Shown: positions 1 through 9,317 of the stretch, piece after piece
Numbering within the stretch: the first letter of the stretch is position 1
How the letters are laid out: every line of letters begins with the position of its first letter
Assembly: GCA_965224025.1 (NCBI GenBank)
Contig: OZ245033.1
Location: 320,001 to 384,000 of the forward strand
From: Candidatus Multivorans sp.
GTDB taxonomy: Bacteria > Acidobacteriota > Thermoanaerobaculia > Multivoradales > Multivoraceae
DNA length: 64,000 nucleotides
Reading direction: 5' to 3'
Program-made: the position numbers and the translations under genes
Notes under the pieces: generated by a model
What the model was told of the DNA's origin: nothing
Seen by the model: the letters and a program-made list of their open reading frames with translations, nothing else
Database searches by the model: none

Positions 1-1
1 T

Positions 2-424
2 CTGCCTTCCCTCGTCCAGTACGGCGCCGACGCGCAGCGCGACGGCAGTTGGGCCTTCTGCACCCCCGCGATCAGCGCCGGCTACCCGCGCTGGTGGCGA
101 CCCGGCGAAGTGGGCATGCCGCACCGGAACCGGCCGCGGCACGGGCTCGCCGACACCGGTGAGTTCCGCGACGGCCTGGGCAACCGGGTCTACGTCTACG
201 CGGTCGGCAACCCCGAGGTCGGCACGGAGCCCGATCCCTACCGCCTCGCTCACCAGAAGAGCAGCGGCTTCGGCCTGGTAACGATCGACCCGGAGGCGAA
301 GACCTACCGGATCGAGGCGTACCGATTCCTGGCCGCGGCCCGCAGCGGCGATGCGGCCCAGTTCCCGGGCTGGCCGGTTACCCTGCACCAGGACGAGAAC
401 GCGGGCGAGAACCGGATCGGCTGA
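2..424 (+). CDS. Alkaline phosphatase D (PhoD)-like metallophosphoesterase, C-terminal fragment (5' end outside the window)
   Basis: Frame is open from position 2: [29 protein letters not shown]...[12 protein letters not shown]...SGFGLVTID...QFPGWPVT, which resembles C-termini of PhoD-like proteins. Confidence 0.6.
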   Translation: MPSLVQYGADAQRDGSWAFCTPAISAGYPRWWRPGEVGMPHRNRPRHGLADTGEFRDGLGNRVYVYAVGNPEVGTEPDPYRLAHQKSSGFGLVTIDPEAKTYRIEAYRFLAAARSGDAAQFPGWPVTLHQDENAGENRIG

Positions 425-477
425 CCGGACTCCGCCCCTATACTCAACCGAAACCAGCGAACCAGGGAGGGCTCACC

Positions 478-1119
478 ATGAAGCTGAGAGCATGCATACT
501 GTTCACCGCCGTCGCCTTGCTGATCCTCGTCGCGCCCGTCTCCGCGCAGGACGGCGACATGAGCTTCTTCATCACCAGCACGGGTCCCGGCGACGGCGCC
601 AACCTCGGCGGCCTGGAGGGCGCGGACATGCACTGCGCGGCGCTCGCCGAAGCGGCCGGCAGTTCGGGCAAGACTTGGCGCGCCTACCTCAGCACCGATG
701 GCGAGGACGGAGTGAACGCCGGCGACCGGATCGGCTCGGGACCGTGGTTCAACGCGAAGGGCGCTGAGATCGCCCGCAACCTGGACGCGCTCCACTACTC
801 GAACGTAGGCCTGACCAAGGAGACACAACTCACCGAGAAGGGCGACATGGTCAAGGGCCGGGGCGAGACTCCCAACGAGCACGACATCCTCACCGGGTCG
901 AAGCTCGACGGCGCCCGCTTCACCGACGGCAACGACCACACCTGCGGCAACTGGACCAGCAACGACGAGGGCAGCGCCCAGGTCGGCCACCACGACCGCA
1001 CCGGCGGCGGCCCCGTCCCGTCGTCATGGAACTCGGCCCACGGTAGTCGCGGCTGCTCGCAGTCCAACCTCCAGGGCACGGGCGGCAACGGCTACTTCTA
1101 CTGCTTCGCGATCGACTAG
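478..1119 (+). CDS. Secreted lectin-like protein (C-type-lectin/endostatin-like fold)
   Basis: Signal peptide (…VSA|Q); FFITS…GANLGGLEGADMHC…WRAYLS, HDILTGS, TCGNWTS, WNSAHGSRGC, FYCFA motifs; AGGGAGG RBS. Confidence 0.7.
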   Translation: MKLRACILFTAVALLILVAPVSAQDGDMSFFITSTGPGDGANLGGLEGADMHCAALAEAAGSSGKTWRAYLSTDGEDGVNAGDRIGSGPWFNAKGAEIARNLDALHYSNVGLTKETQLTEKGDMVKGRGETPNEHDILTGSKLDGARFTDGNDHTCGNWTSNDEGSAQVGHHDRTGGGPVPSSWNSAHGSRGCSQSNLQGTGGNGYFYCFAID

Positions 1120-1130
1120 CGGATCGACCA

Positions 1131-1197
1131 AGGAGATTGCGCGGCAGAAACTGAGTGCGCCGGCGCGAAGCGTCGGCCTCCGGGAGTGCCGCGCCAG
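1131..1197 (+). repeat. Degenerate copy of the dispersed REP-like composite repeat
   Basis: AGGAGATTGCGCGGCAGA…CCGGCGCGAAGCGTCGGCCTCCGGGAG aligns with 44437-44528 and with the reverse complement of 5868-5962; the central GCGGGC..GCCCGC hairpin is missing. Confidence 0.6.
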
Positions 1198-1201
1198 GAC
1201 A

Positions 1202-3520
1202 TTGCACAGCGCAGCAGGCTGCCTGCTCATCATCGGCGGCCTCTTTCTGGCCCAAGCCGCCGAGGCCCGCCAAGAGGCTCAGGCCGCCTCCCCGCCCGCT
1301 TCGCCCGGCACGCCGGCCCAGGTGGACACGCCGGCTGATCTCCCCTTCTCCTTCGACGGTCCACCTCCACCCGTGCCGCCCGCCGTGGTGAACCGGGACG
1401 ACTCGAGCAAGGCCACGGTCCGAGCCGTGCGCCTCGCCACGCCGCTCCGGATCGACGGCCGGCTCGACGAGGTCCTCTACGACACCGTGCCCCCGATCTC
1501 GGACTTCCTTCAGGTCGAACCCCGGCCGGGAGAGCCGGCCACCGACAGGACGGACGTCTGGATCACGTTCGACGAAACCACGGTCTTCGTGTCGCTCCGC
1601 TGCTGGCAGGACCCCGACCGGATCGCCGCCAACGACATGAGGCGGGACTCGTACAGCCGGGACGACTATGTCGATGTCGCTCTCGACACGTTCTTCGACG
1701 GCCGCAACGCCTCCGTCTTCACCATCTACGCCTCGGGCGGCCGCTTCGACGCGCAGATCACCGACGAGCGCCAGATGAACATGGACTGGAATCCCGTCTG
1801 GGATCTCCGAACGGGCAGGTTCGAGGGCGGCTGGACGGCCGAAGCCGCGATCCCGTTCAGATCGCTCCGGTACCGCCCCGGCCGCGCGCAGATCTGGGGC
1901 GTCAACCTGCAGCGCTACACGCAGTGGAAGAACGAGAGTTCGACCCTGAACCGCATCCCGGTCGGACTGGGCTCAATGGGCATCATGCAGATGTCGCTGG
2001 CCGGACCCCTGGTCGGACTGGAAGCGCCGCCGGCCTCGAGGAACCTGGAGATCAAGCCCTATCTGGTCGCCGACATGGTGAGCGACCGCCTGACAACCCC
2101 GGAGATTTCGGACGAGACGGACGCCGACATCGGCGTCGACATCAAGTACGGGCTCAGCCAGAACTTCACGGCCGACTTCACCTACAACACCGACTTCGCC
2201 CAGGTCGAAGCCGACCAGCAGCAGGTCGACCTGACGCGCTTCAGTCTCTTCTTCCCCGAGAAGCGCGACTTCTTCCTCGAGAACCAGGGGACCTTCGGCT
2301 TCGGCGGGGCCGGGGGCGGCGGATTCGGGGGGTCTTTCGACACGCCGTCCCTGTTCTACAGCCGGCGCATCGGCCTGCACGAGGGACGCGTCGTACCCAT
2401 CGAGGCCGGCGCCCGGCTGACCGGACGGACGGGCCGCTACACGCTCGGGATGCTGAACATCCAGTCGGAAGACGAACCGTTGTCCGGTGCAATGGCAACG
2501 AACTTCGGCGTGATGAGACTCAAGCGGGACATCCTGCGCCGGAGCAGCGTCGGCGTCATCTACACGCGACGCTCGATCGACCAGACCGGCGGGGGACGCA
2601 ACGAGGCCTACGGCGTCGACGGGACGTTCGCCTTCTTCGACCACCTCACGTTCAACACCTACTGGGCCGAAACGAGCACGCCCGGGCTCACGGACGACAA
2701 CGCCAGCTATCGCCTGGAGATGGACTACAACGGCGACCGCTACGGAGTCCAACTGGAGCGCTTGCGGGTCGGCAGCCACTTCAATCCCGGCATCGGATTC
2801 GTCCGCCGCCACGACATGCGCCGTTCCTTCGGCGAGTTTCGGTTCAGCCCTCGACCAGCCGACAGCAAGCTGGTGCGCAAGTACTCCTGGACCGGGTCGA
2901 TGGCCTACGTCGAGAACGGCGCCGGCCTGGTCGAGACGCGGGAGGCCGAGGGCGAGTTCGGCATCGAGTTCCACAGCGGGGATGAACTCGAACTGAAGGT
3001 CGTGCGGTCCTACGAGTTTCTCCCGTTTCCTTTCCCCATCGCCTCGGACATCACGCTCGGCGTCGGCGGTTACGAATTCGACTACGTGCAAGCCGAGTTG
3101 CAACTGGGCCAGCAGCGGCGGCTATCGGGCCAGTTCTTCCTCGAGTACGGCGACTTCTACAGCGGCCGCAAGACGTCCTTCGGCTGGGGCTGGGGGCTCG
3201 TGAATCTGACCTCGCAGTTCCTGCTCGAACCCAGCATCTCGTTCAACCGCGTGGAGTTGCCGGAGGGCGACTTCGACGTGGAGCTCATCGACCTGCGCGC
3301 CGTCTACACGGTGACCCCGCGCATGTTCGTGAGCGCGCTGTTTCAGTACGACTCCGAGAGCCGGGGACTGGCGGCGAACGTGCGGCTGCGCTGGGAGTAC
3401 CGGCCCGGCAGCGAGCTGTTCGTCGTCTACAACGAGCAGCGCGACACGCTGACGCAGGGCTTCCCGGGGCTCAACAACAGCGCCCTGATCGTCAAGGTGA
3501 CTCGCCTGTTCCAACTGTAG
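1202..3520 (+). CDS. DUF5916 protein with N-terminal CBM9-like domain and C-terminal beta-barrel
   Basis: Signal peptide, IDGRLDE, WTAEAAIPFRSLRY, NTDFAQVEAD, FSLFFPEKRDFFLE, FYSRRIGL motifs. TTG start is uncertain. Confidence 0.8.
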   Translation: MHSAAGCLLIIGGLFLAQAAEARQEAQAASPPASPGTPAQVDTPADLPFSFDGPPPPVPPAVVNRDDSSKATVRAVRLATPLRIDGRLDEVLYDTVPPISDFLQVEPRPGEPATDRTDVWITFDETTVFVSLRCWQDPDRIAANDMRRDSYSRDDYVDVALDTFFDGRNASVFTIYASGGRFDAQITDERQMNMDWNPVWDLRTGRFEGGWTAEAAIPFRSLRYRPGRAQIWGVNLQRYTQWKNESSTLNRIPVGLGSMGIMQMSLAGPLVGLEAPPASRNLEIKPYLVADMVSDRLTTPEISDETDADIGVDIKYGLSQNFTADFTYNTDFAQVEADQQQVDLTRFSLFFPEKRDFFLENQGTFGFGGAGGGGFGGSFDTPSLFYSRRIGLHEGRVVPIEAGARLTGRTGRYTLGMLNIQSEDEPLSGAMATNFGVMRLKRDILRRSSVGVIYTRRSIDQTGGGRNEAYGVDGTFAFFDHLTFNTYWAETSTPGLTDDNASYRLEMDYNGDRYGVQLERLRVGSHFNPGIGFVRRHDMRRSFGEFRFSPRPADSKLVRKYSWTGSMAYVENGAGLVETREAEGEFGIEFHSGDELELKVVRSYEFLPFPFPIASDITLGVGGYEFDYVQAELQLGQQRRLSGQFFLEYGDFYSGRKTSFGWGWGLVNLTSQFLLEPSISFNRVELPEGDFDVELIDLRAVYTVTPRMFVSALFQYDSESRGLAANVRLRWEYRPGSELFVVYNEQRDTLTQGFPGLNNSALIVKVTRLFQL

Positions 3521-5122
3521 CTACTGCGACATCAGCACCGTCAGCCGATGAGGTTCCACCGGCGACGGATGGTGCATCAGCACGTCCTGCTTGCCGTCCC
3601 GGTTCAGATCAGCCAGCCAGGTGTACTCCTCGTCCTCGGGGACCGGGATCATGATCCGCTGAGGCTTCTTCGCGAACACGTCCGGCCCTGGTACGCCGAG
3701 GTGGACGTCGAGCCTCTTGCGGTTTCGGGCCACGAGCACGTCGGAGCGACCGTCCCCGTTCAGGTCCCCCAGCCGGACGGCCGGCCAGAAGGCCCTCTCC
3801 CCGGTCTTCCTGGGCGTCCTGGGCCTGATCTCGCGTACCGCGTTCGGGCGGTCGCCGTAGCGGCCGTCCTCCATGCGGAAGAACTCGAGGTCGAACGACC
3901 CGGCACCCGTCAGAATCGACATGACGAGCACCCGGATGGCAGAGAAGACCGTCGGCTCGAAAGCGGTCACCACCACGTCGACGTGGCCGTCCCGGTCGAA
4001 GTCATGTCGATCGATTCCCGAGATGATGCCCTCGGACTCGACCGCGGCGCCCGGCTCGCGTGAGAACTCCACACTTCCACCGGGGCCGGGGGCGCCGAAG
4101 TACAGCTCGTACGAGGAGTGCATTTTCCACAGGCTCGAGCCCTTGAGCGAGAACACGACGAGGTCGGTCACACCGTCGCCGTTCATGTCGGTCAGGGAGT
4201 GCAGCACTCTGCCCGTGCTTTCTCCCTCGGGCATGTGGTCCATGCGCCGACTGCGGATTCCCCCCGGCGCGGCGAGCGAGGCGATCTGGTCGGAGTCGAA
4301 GGGAATCGCGGTCGTGAACGTCGTGCTGGCCTTCGCGGGGAACAGACCGCCCTCGTCCTGTAGATGGACCGCGAAGTGGTCCTGGTTCCAGAACACGAGA
4401 TCGGTCCGCCCGTCCAGGTCGTAGTCCATGTCGTGAACACGGCCACCCTCTTCCCAGGGCCGGTAGCGGTAGCCGTCGGCGCCGTAGACCCGGTCGAGCC
4501 CGGTTGTTGGCCCTACCGTCACCGGATCGGCGAACCGCCCGCCCGGCATCTGGACCAGCACCTGGAAGCCGTGGCCCTGCACCAGCACGAGGTCGTCGCG
4601 GCCGTCTCCGTTCACGTCGCGTGTCATGTCTATGTGGAGAACTTCGCCCCTCTCGGACGCCCTGAAGTCGGACTTCACCGCAACCAGATCCCGTTCCGTA
4701 GCCGACTCCGGATCGAACCAGGTCAACCGGCCGCCTCCGTAGGCGATCAACCGGTCCCGGCCATCGATGCCCGCAACGTCGACCAAGGACACTTCCGGGC
4801 GCAGCGTGGCTTCGGTTGCCGTCGACCAGTTGCCCTCGGCAAACGAGAGAACGCGCAGGCGGCGGTATCCGTCACCGTCCAGGTGCACGGCGGCGAGGTC
4901 CGCGACCGACCGGCCCGTCAGGAACCCCGTCAGAACGGTCACGCGTTCCGCGACGCCCACGACGACCTCGTGGCGGGTGGGTGCGAACGCCGCGGGTGGC
5001 TCGGAACTCGCGTGGACGGCAACCGGCATCATGCACCCTGACAGGCACACCCGAACCGCCAGCAGGCTGATCCGGGTCGGCCGGTACCGGCTCCCGTCGC
5101 GGACTGTCGATCGTCTCTTCAT
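3521..5122 (-). CDS. FG-GAP/VCBS repeat protein, paralog 1, putative lipoprotein
   Basis: Repeated D-x-[N/D]-x-D-G-x-x-D motifs (DVNGDGRDD, DMNGDGVTD, DLNGDGRSD, DLNRDGKQD); LSGC lipobox-like motif; AAGGAG RBS. Confidence 0.8.
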   Translation of the reverse strand: MKRRSTVRDGSRYRPTRISLLAVRVCLSGCMMPVAVHASSEPPAAFAPTRHEVVVGVAERVTVLTGFLTGRSVADLAAVHLDGDGYRRLRVLSFAEGNWSTATEATLRPEVSLVDVAGIDGRDRLIAYGGGRLTWFDPESATERDLVAVKSDFRASERGEVLHIDMTRDVNGDGRDDLVLVQGHGFQVLVQMPGGRFADPVTVGPTTGLDRVYGADGYRYRPWEEGGRVHDMDYDLDGRTDLVFWNQDHFAVHLQDEGGLFPAKASTTFTTAIPFDSDQIASLAAPGGIRSRRMDHMPEGESTGRVLHSLTDMNGDGVTDLVVFSLKGSSLWKMHSSYELYFGAPGPGGSVEFSREPGAAVESEGIISGIDRHDFDRDGHVDVVVTAFEPTVFSAIRVLVMSILTGAGSFDLEFFRMEDGRYGDRPNAVREIRPRTPRKTGERAFWPAVRLGDLNGDGRSDVLVARNRKRLDVHLGVPGPDVFAKKPQRIMIPVPEDEEYTWLADLNRDGKQDVLMHHPSPVEPHRLTVLMSQ

Positions 5123-5144
5123 CGTGGTTCTCCTTGCCTTCGGG

Positions 5145-5191
5145 GCATGTTGACCACGTCAACATGCAGCCTCTTGTTGACGTTGTCAACA
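5145..5191. promoter_or_regulatory. Tandem palindromic operators TGTTGAC-N3-GTCAACA over a minus-strand promoter
   Basis: GCATGTTGAC-CAC-GTCAACATGC (5145-5167) and TGTTGAC-GTT-GTCAACA (5175-5191), cores 27 bp apart. Minus-strand TTGACA (5189-5184), 17 nt, CATGTT. Confidence 0.8.
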
Positions 5192-5256
5192 CCGAATCGT
5201 CCCGCCGCGAGAAACCGAGCACCAGCGGTCGCGATCCGCTCTTGCCATAATCGGCC

Positions 5257-5871
5257 ATGGCCGAACGGGCTCGCACCTACCACCATGGAGACCTTCGGGC
5301 CTCGCTCGTCGAGGTTGCCGCCGCGATGATCTCGGAGGGCGGCGCCGCGAGCGTGACGATGAGGGCGATAGGCAGCCGCCTCGGCGTATCGCGGGGCGCG
5401 CCCTACCGCCACTTCCCCGACAAGACGGCGCTCCTGGTCGCGGTCGCGGTCGAGGGGTTCAAACGTCTCAACCGCCGTCTGGGGGCCAGCGACACCGGTG
5501 TCTCTGCATCGAGTGTCGAGCGACTCCGACACATGGGCGAGCAGTACGTGCGCTTCGCCCTGGAGCATCCGGCCCACTATCGCCTGATGTACGGCAAGGA
5601 GGCCCTTGAGCGCCAGGATCAACCGGAACTGAGAAAGGCCGCCGGCGCCCTGCTCGAGAACCTGGTCGATGTGATCCGGGTCCACCAGCAGCGCGGCGAG
5701 ATCGAGGGAGGGGATCCGCGGGCGCAGGCCTACGTCGCATGGAGCGCCGTCCACGGTCTGGCTTCCCTGCTGATCGAGAGGCAGATCGACCCGAATGTCG
5801 ACGTGGATGAGCTGATCAGGCAAACCACCGAAACCCTCCTGGACGGCATGCGAGATCACAGCCCGGTCTAG
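5257..5871 (+). CDS. TetR/AcrR family transcriptional regulator (WHG-type C-terminal domain)
   Basis: YHHGDLRASL, HTH MRAIGSRLGVSRGAPYRHFPDK, AWSAVHGLA. Confidence 0.92.
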   Translation: MAERARTYHHGDLRASLVEVAAAMISEGGAASVTMRAIGSRLGVSRGAPYRHFPDKTALLVAVAVEGFKRLNRRLGASDTGVSASSVERLRHMGEQYVRFALEHPAHYRLMYGKEALERQDQPELRKAAGALLENLVDVIRVHQQRGEIEGGDPRAQAYVAWSAVHGLASLLIERQIDPNVDVDELIRQTTETLLDGMRDHSPV

Positions 5872-5962
5872 CGCGGCAGAACTACCGGAGACCGGCGCTT
5901 GGCGCCGGATGCGGGCCAGAAGGCCCGCGCACCCAGTCTCTGCCGCGCAGTCTCCTAGCGCC
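5868..5962 (-). repeat. Complete REP-like composite repeat, uninterrupted copy
   Basis: CCGGCGCTTGGCGCCGG and GCGGGCCAGAAGGCCCGCGCACCCAG hairpins inside GCGCGGCAGA/TCTGCCGCGC inverted repeats. The reverse complement aligns with 44437-44528. Confidence 0.8.
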
Positions 5963-5964
5963 GC

Positions 5965-7605
5965 TCACCGGGCGATCGGCATCGTCACCCGATGGGGCTC
6001 CGTCGTGGACACATGATGCATGAGGATGTCCTGCTTGCCGTCTCTGTTGAGGTCCACCAGCCAGGTGTACTCCTCGTCGTTGGGGATGGCGACCGACACT
6101 CTTTGAGGCTGCCGGGCGAACAGGTCCGGTCCCGAGACACCGGCGAAGACGAGCAGTTGCCTGTGGGTCTCCTCGATCAGCAGGTCCGGGCGACCGTCGC
6201 CCGTCACGTCCCCGATCAGCAAGGTCGTGTTGAACGCGCGCAGGTGACGCTTCTGTGTCTTCCGCTCCTCGTGCGTGGCCCCTCGAAGCACGATGTCCAG
6301 CGGCACCCACCCGAACTCCCTGACGCTGGGGTGGCCATCCAATTGCATTCTGCGGATGGCGTCGGGTTTGTCGGAATGGACGCCTGCTGTCATGGCATGG
6401 AACTCGAGATCCAACCAGACGTCATCGCCCATGAAGCCCTTGAGTCTCTTCCAGAGACTGCTCTCGAGGTAAGCGACCTCGATCGTCGTGAACATCAAGT
6501 CGAGGTCGCCGTCGCCATCGAAGTCGTGCCGGTTCATTCCGAGTTGAATCCTGCCGTCCGACCGGAAGGCGAAGTCGACGCTCCTCGTGAACAGGGTTCC
6601 GCCATCGGGTGCTGGCGCGCCGAGATGCACCTCGTAGGTTGAACGCTTGCGCGAGATGCTCTGGCCTTCCAGCGAGAAGACCACGAGATCACCGACACCG
6701 TCGCCGTTCATATCGGCCAGCGAGTGAAGCACCCTCCCCGTCATGCCTCCCGTGGCGAGCGAGGAAAGCTCGTCGGAGTCGAACGTGACATCGGTCGTGA
6801 AGGTCTCGGCCACCGGGGCAAACAGACCATCCTCGTCCTGGAGATGAACCGCGAAGTGGTTCTCGTTCCAGAACACCAGGTCCTCGCGTCCGTCCTGGTC
6901 GTAGTCCATCTCGTGGACACGGCTTTCACCCCAGGGGTTGTACCGGTATCCGTCGGCTCCGTAGATCCTGCTCAAGTCCGGGGACCGGCCGATCTTCACC
7001 GGATCCGCGAACTCGCCGGCGCTCGTCTGGATGAACACCCGGAAGCCATCGACGCCCGGCACGACCAGGTCGTCGCGGCCGTCGCCGTTCACGTCCCGAC
7101 TGATGTCTACATGGGGGATCTCGCCTCCGCGAGGCGGCTTGAAGTTGGCAGTGACCGCGACCAGGGCGTGCTCCGTCTCCGACTCGGGATCGAACCAGTT
7201 CAGGTGACCGGGCTCGTAGGTGACCAGCCGGTCACGTCCTCCGACGTTGGCCACATCGACGAACTGCACGTCGGGACCGAGTGTTGCGTCCGCTCCCGGC
7301 GCCCAGGTGCTGTCTCCCAGCTCGTAGATTCGCAGGCGGCGTTCGTCGCTGTCGTCGACGTCCACCACCGCGAGCTCCGCGCTTGCGCCTCCAAGAAGGA
7401 ATCCCGTCAGGACGGTCTGCCGTTTCGCGGAGCCGGTGACGACTTCGTACTGCGTGAACGTGAATTCCGCGGGCGGCTCGGCAGTGGACTGCGCGGCGGC
7501 AGGCCCGATCCATCCCGACAGGAACACACCAAGAAACAGTAGGGGCGACATGCTTCCTCGATACCGCATCGTGCGGTCGGTTGCCGGAGTGATCACTGTG
7601 TTCAT
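5965..7605 (-). CDS. FG-GAP/VCBS repeat protein, paralog 2, secreted
   Basis: Same DxxxDGxxD repeats and C-terminus (EEYTWLVDLNRDGKQDILMHH); ATGA overlap with the upstream paralog; signal peptide …AAA|Q. Confidence 0.8.
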   Translation of the reverse strand: MNTVITPATDRTMRYRGSMSPLLFLGVFLSGWIGPAAAQSTAEPPAEFTFTQYEVVTGSAKRQTVLTGFLLGGASAELAVVDVDDSDERRLRIYELGDSTWAPGADATLGPDVQFVDVANVGGRDRLVTYEPGHLNWFDPESETEHALVAVTANFKPPRGGEIPHVDISRDVNGDGRDDLVVPGVDGFRVFIQTSAGEFADPVKIGRSPDLSRIYGADGYRYNPWGESRVHEMDYDQDGREDLVFWNENHFAVHLQDEDGLFAPVAETFTTDVTFDSDELSSLATGGMTGRVLHSLADMNGDGVGDLVVFSLEGQSISRKRSTYEVHLGAPAPDGGTLFTRSVDFAFRSDGRIQLGMNRHDFDGDGDLDLMFTTIEVAYLESSLWKRLKGFMGDDVWLDLEFHAMTAGVHSDKPDAIRRMQLDGHPSVREFGWVPLDIVLRGATHEERKTQKRHLRAFNTTLLIGDVTGDGRPDLLIEETHRQLLVFAGVSGPDLFARQPQRVSVAIPNDEEYTWLVDLNRDGKQDILMHHVSTTEPHRVTMPIAR

Positions 7606-9203
7606 CGGGCGACCAGCATCGTCACCCGATGCGGCTCGGTAGTGGACGCGTGGTGCATGAGGATGTCCTGCTTGCCGTCCCTGTTGAGGTCCACCAGCCA
7701 GGTGTACTCCTCGTCGGGCATCGCGACCGGGACCTCCTCAGGCTTCCTGGCGAACAGCTCGGGCCCCGGCACGCCAGGAAAGACGTGCAGCCCCTTCCGA
7801 CCCTTCTGCACGAGCAGGTCCAGGCGGCTGTCGCCGTTCACGTCCCCGATCAGAACCGACGGATGGAAGATGCCCTTCTCCCCTGAAACGCCGGGGGCGC
7901 GGCCCTTGATTCTGCGGGTGGCGCTCGGTTTGTCGGAGTAGATGCCGCCTTCCATGCGGTAGAAGTCGAGACGCATCGGCACGGAACGAGTCAGCAACCC
8001 CTGTCCAATCATGCGGATCGTCTTGAAGACGCCGAACTTCATGGTGGTGTACACCACGTCAACCTGACCGTCGTGGTCGAAGTCGTACCGCCCGATCCCG
8101 TACGGGAGGCCGTCCGACAGAATCGCGGCGCCGGCATCAGGCGCGAACACGGTGCCGCCCTCGGGTGTGGGCTCGCCCGGGTGGACCTCGTACGTGGAGT
8201 GGACGTTCCACATGCTCTTGATCTCCAAGGAGAAGACCACGAGGTCGGCGACGCCGTCGCCGTTCAGGTCGGTCAGCGAATACAGCACCCTCCCCGTCGG
8301 GGCTCCGGTCAGGCCGTCGTCAATACGCCGGTGGCGGACCTCCCGCGGAGCGGCGAGCGAGGCCGGATCGTCCGAGTCGAACGCGACCTCGGTCGTGAAG
8401 GTCGTGCTGGCCTCGGCGGCGAACAGACCCCGCTCGTCCTGGAGATGCACCGCGAAGTGGTCCTGGTTCCAGAACACCAGGTCGCTCCGTCCGTCCAGGT
8501 CGTAGTCCATCTCGTGGACGCGGCCGCCCTCGACCCAGGGCCGGTACCGGTAGCCGTCGACGCCGTAGACTCGGTCCCGCCCGGTCGAGGGGCCGATGGT
8601 CACCGGATCGGCGAACGCGCCGGCACTCAACTGGACCAGCACCTGGAAGCCGTGGCCGTGCGGCACGACCAGGTCGTCGCGGCCGTCTCCGTTCAGGTCG
8701 CGCGTGATGTCCACGTGGAGAACTGCGCCCCGCGGAGGCGGACTGAAGTCGGAGGTCACCGCCGCGAGTTCCCGTTCCGTTCCGGTGTCGGGATCAAACC
8801 AGGTCAGGCGGCCGTCGCCGTAGGCGATCAACCGGTCCCGGCCGTCGATGTCGGCCACGTCGACGAAGGAGATCACGGGACGCAATGTGGTGTCGACTTC
8901 CGGCGCCCAGTCGCCGTCCGTGAACGTGAAGATGCGCAGCCGGCGGTCATCGTTTCCGTCCACATGGACCACGGCGAGGTCCGCGACCGAGCCGCCGGAC
9001 AAGAACCCGGTCAGCACCGTCTGGCGTTCCGCGGCGCCGATAGCGACTTCGTAGCGCTCGAACCCGTACGCCGCGGCCGGCTCGGAACCCGAGTGCATGG
9101 CGGCCGGCATCATGCACCCCGACAGACACACTCGAACAACGAGCATGGCAATCCGGCTCGATGGATGGCCCCTCCGGCGGCGGGTCGTCTGTGGCTTGGT
9201 CAC
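7602..9203 (-). CDS. FG-GAP/VCBS repeat protein, paralog 3, putative lipoprotein
   Basis: Repeats as above. GTG start at 9203 chosen from the AAGGAG RBS (the track start 9272 lies at the operators). N-terminus VRVCLSGCMMP is shared with paralog 1. Confidence 0.8.
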   Translation of the reverse strand: MTKPQTTRRRRGHPSSRIAMLVVRVCLSGCMMPAAMHSGSEPAAAYGFERYEVAIGAAERQTVLTGFLSGGSVADLAVVHVDGNDDRRLRIFTFTDGDWAPEVDTTLRPVISFVDVADIDGRDRLIAYGDGRLTWFDPDTGTERELAAVTSDFSPPPRGAVLHVDITRDLNGDGRDDLVVPHGHGFQVLVQLSAGAFADPVTIGPSTGRDRVYGVDGYRYRPWVEGGRVHEMDYDLDGRSDLVFWNQDHFAVHLQDERGLFAAEASTTFTTEVAFDSDDPASLAAPREVRHRRIDDGLTGAPTGRVLYSLTDLNGDGVADLVVFSLEIKSMWNVHSTYEVHPGEPTPEGGTVFAPDAGAAILSDGLPYGIGRYDFDHDGQVDVVYTTMKFGVFKTIRMIGQGLLTRSVPMRLDFYRMEGGIYSDKPSATRRIKGRAPGVSGEKGIFHPSVLIGDVNGDSRLDLLVQKGRKGLHVFPGVPGPELFARKPEEVPVAMPDEEYTWLVDLNRDGKQDILMHHASTTEPHRVTMLVAR

Positions 9204-9227
9204 GGTGCCTCTCCTTGCTCCAAGTGT

Positions 9228-9271
9228 TGTTGACGGCGTCAACATACACAGCTTTGTTGACATTGTCAACA
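9228..9271 (-). promoter_or_regulatory. Tandem TGTTGAC-N3-GTCAACA operators overlapping a sigma70-type promoter
   Basis: Palindromes at 9228-9244 and 9255-9271, 27 bp apart. Minus-strand TTGACA (9269-9264), 17 nt, TATGTT (9246-9241). Confidence 0.82.
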
Positions 9272-9317
9272 CCCTCGTGTCCCCCGAAAGGCGAGGCCAC
9301 TGTTCCCTGCGACACCT

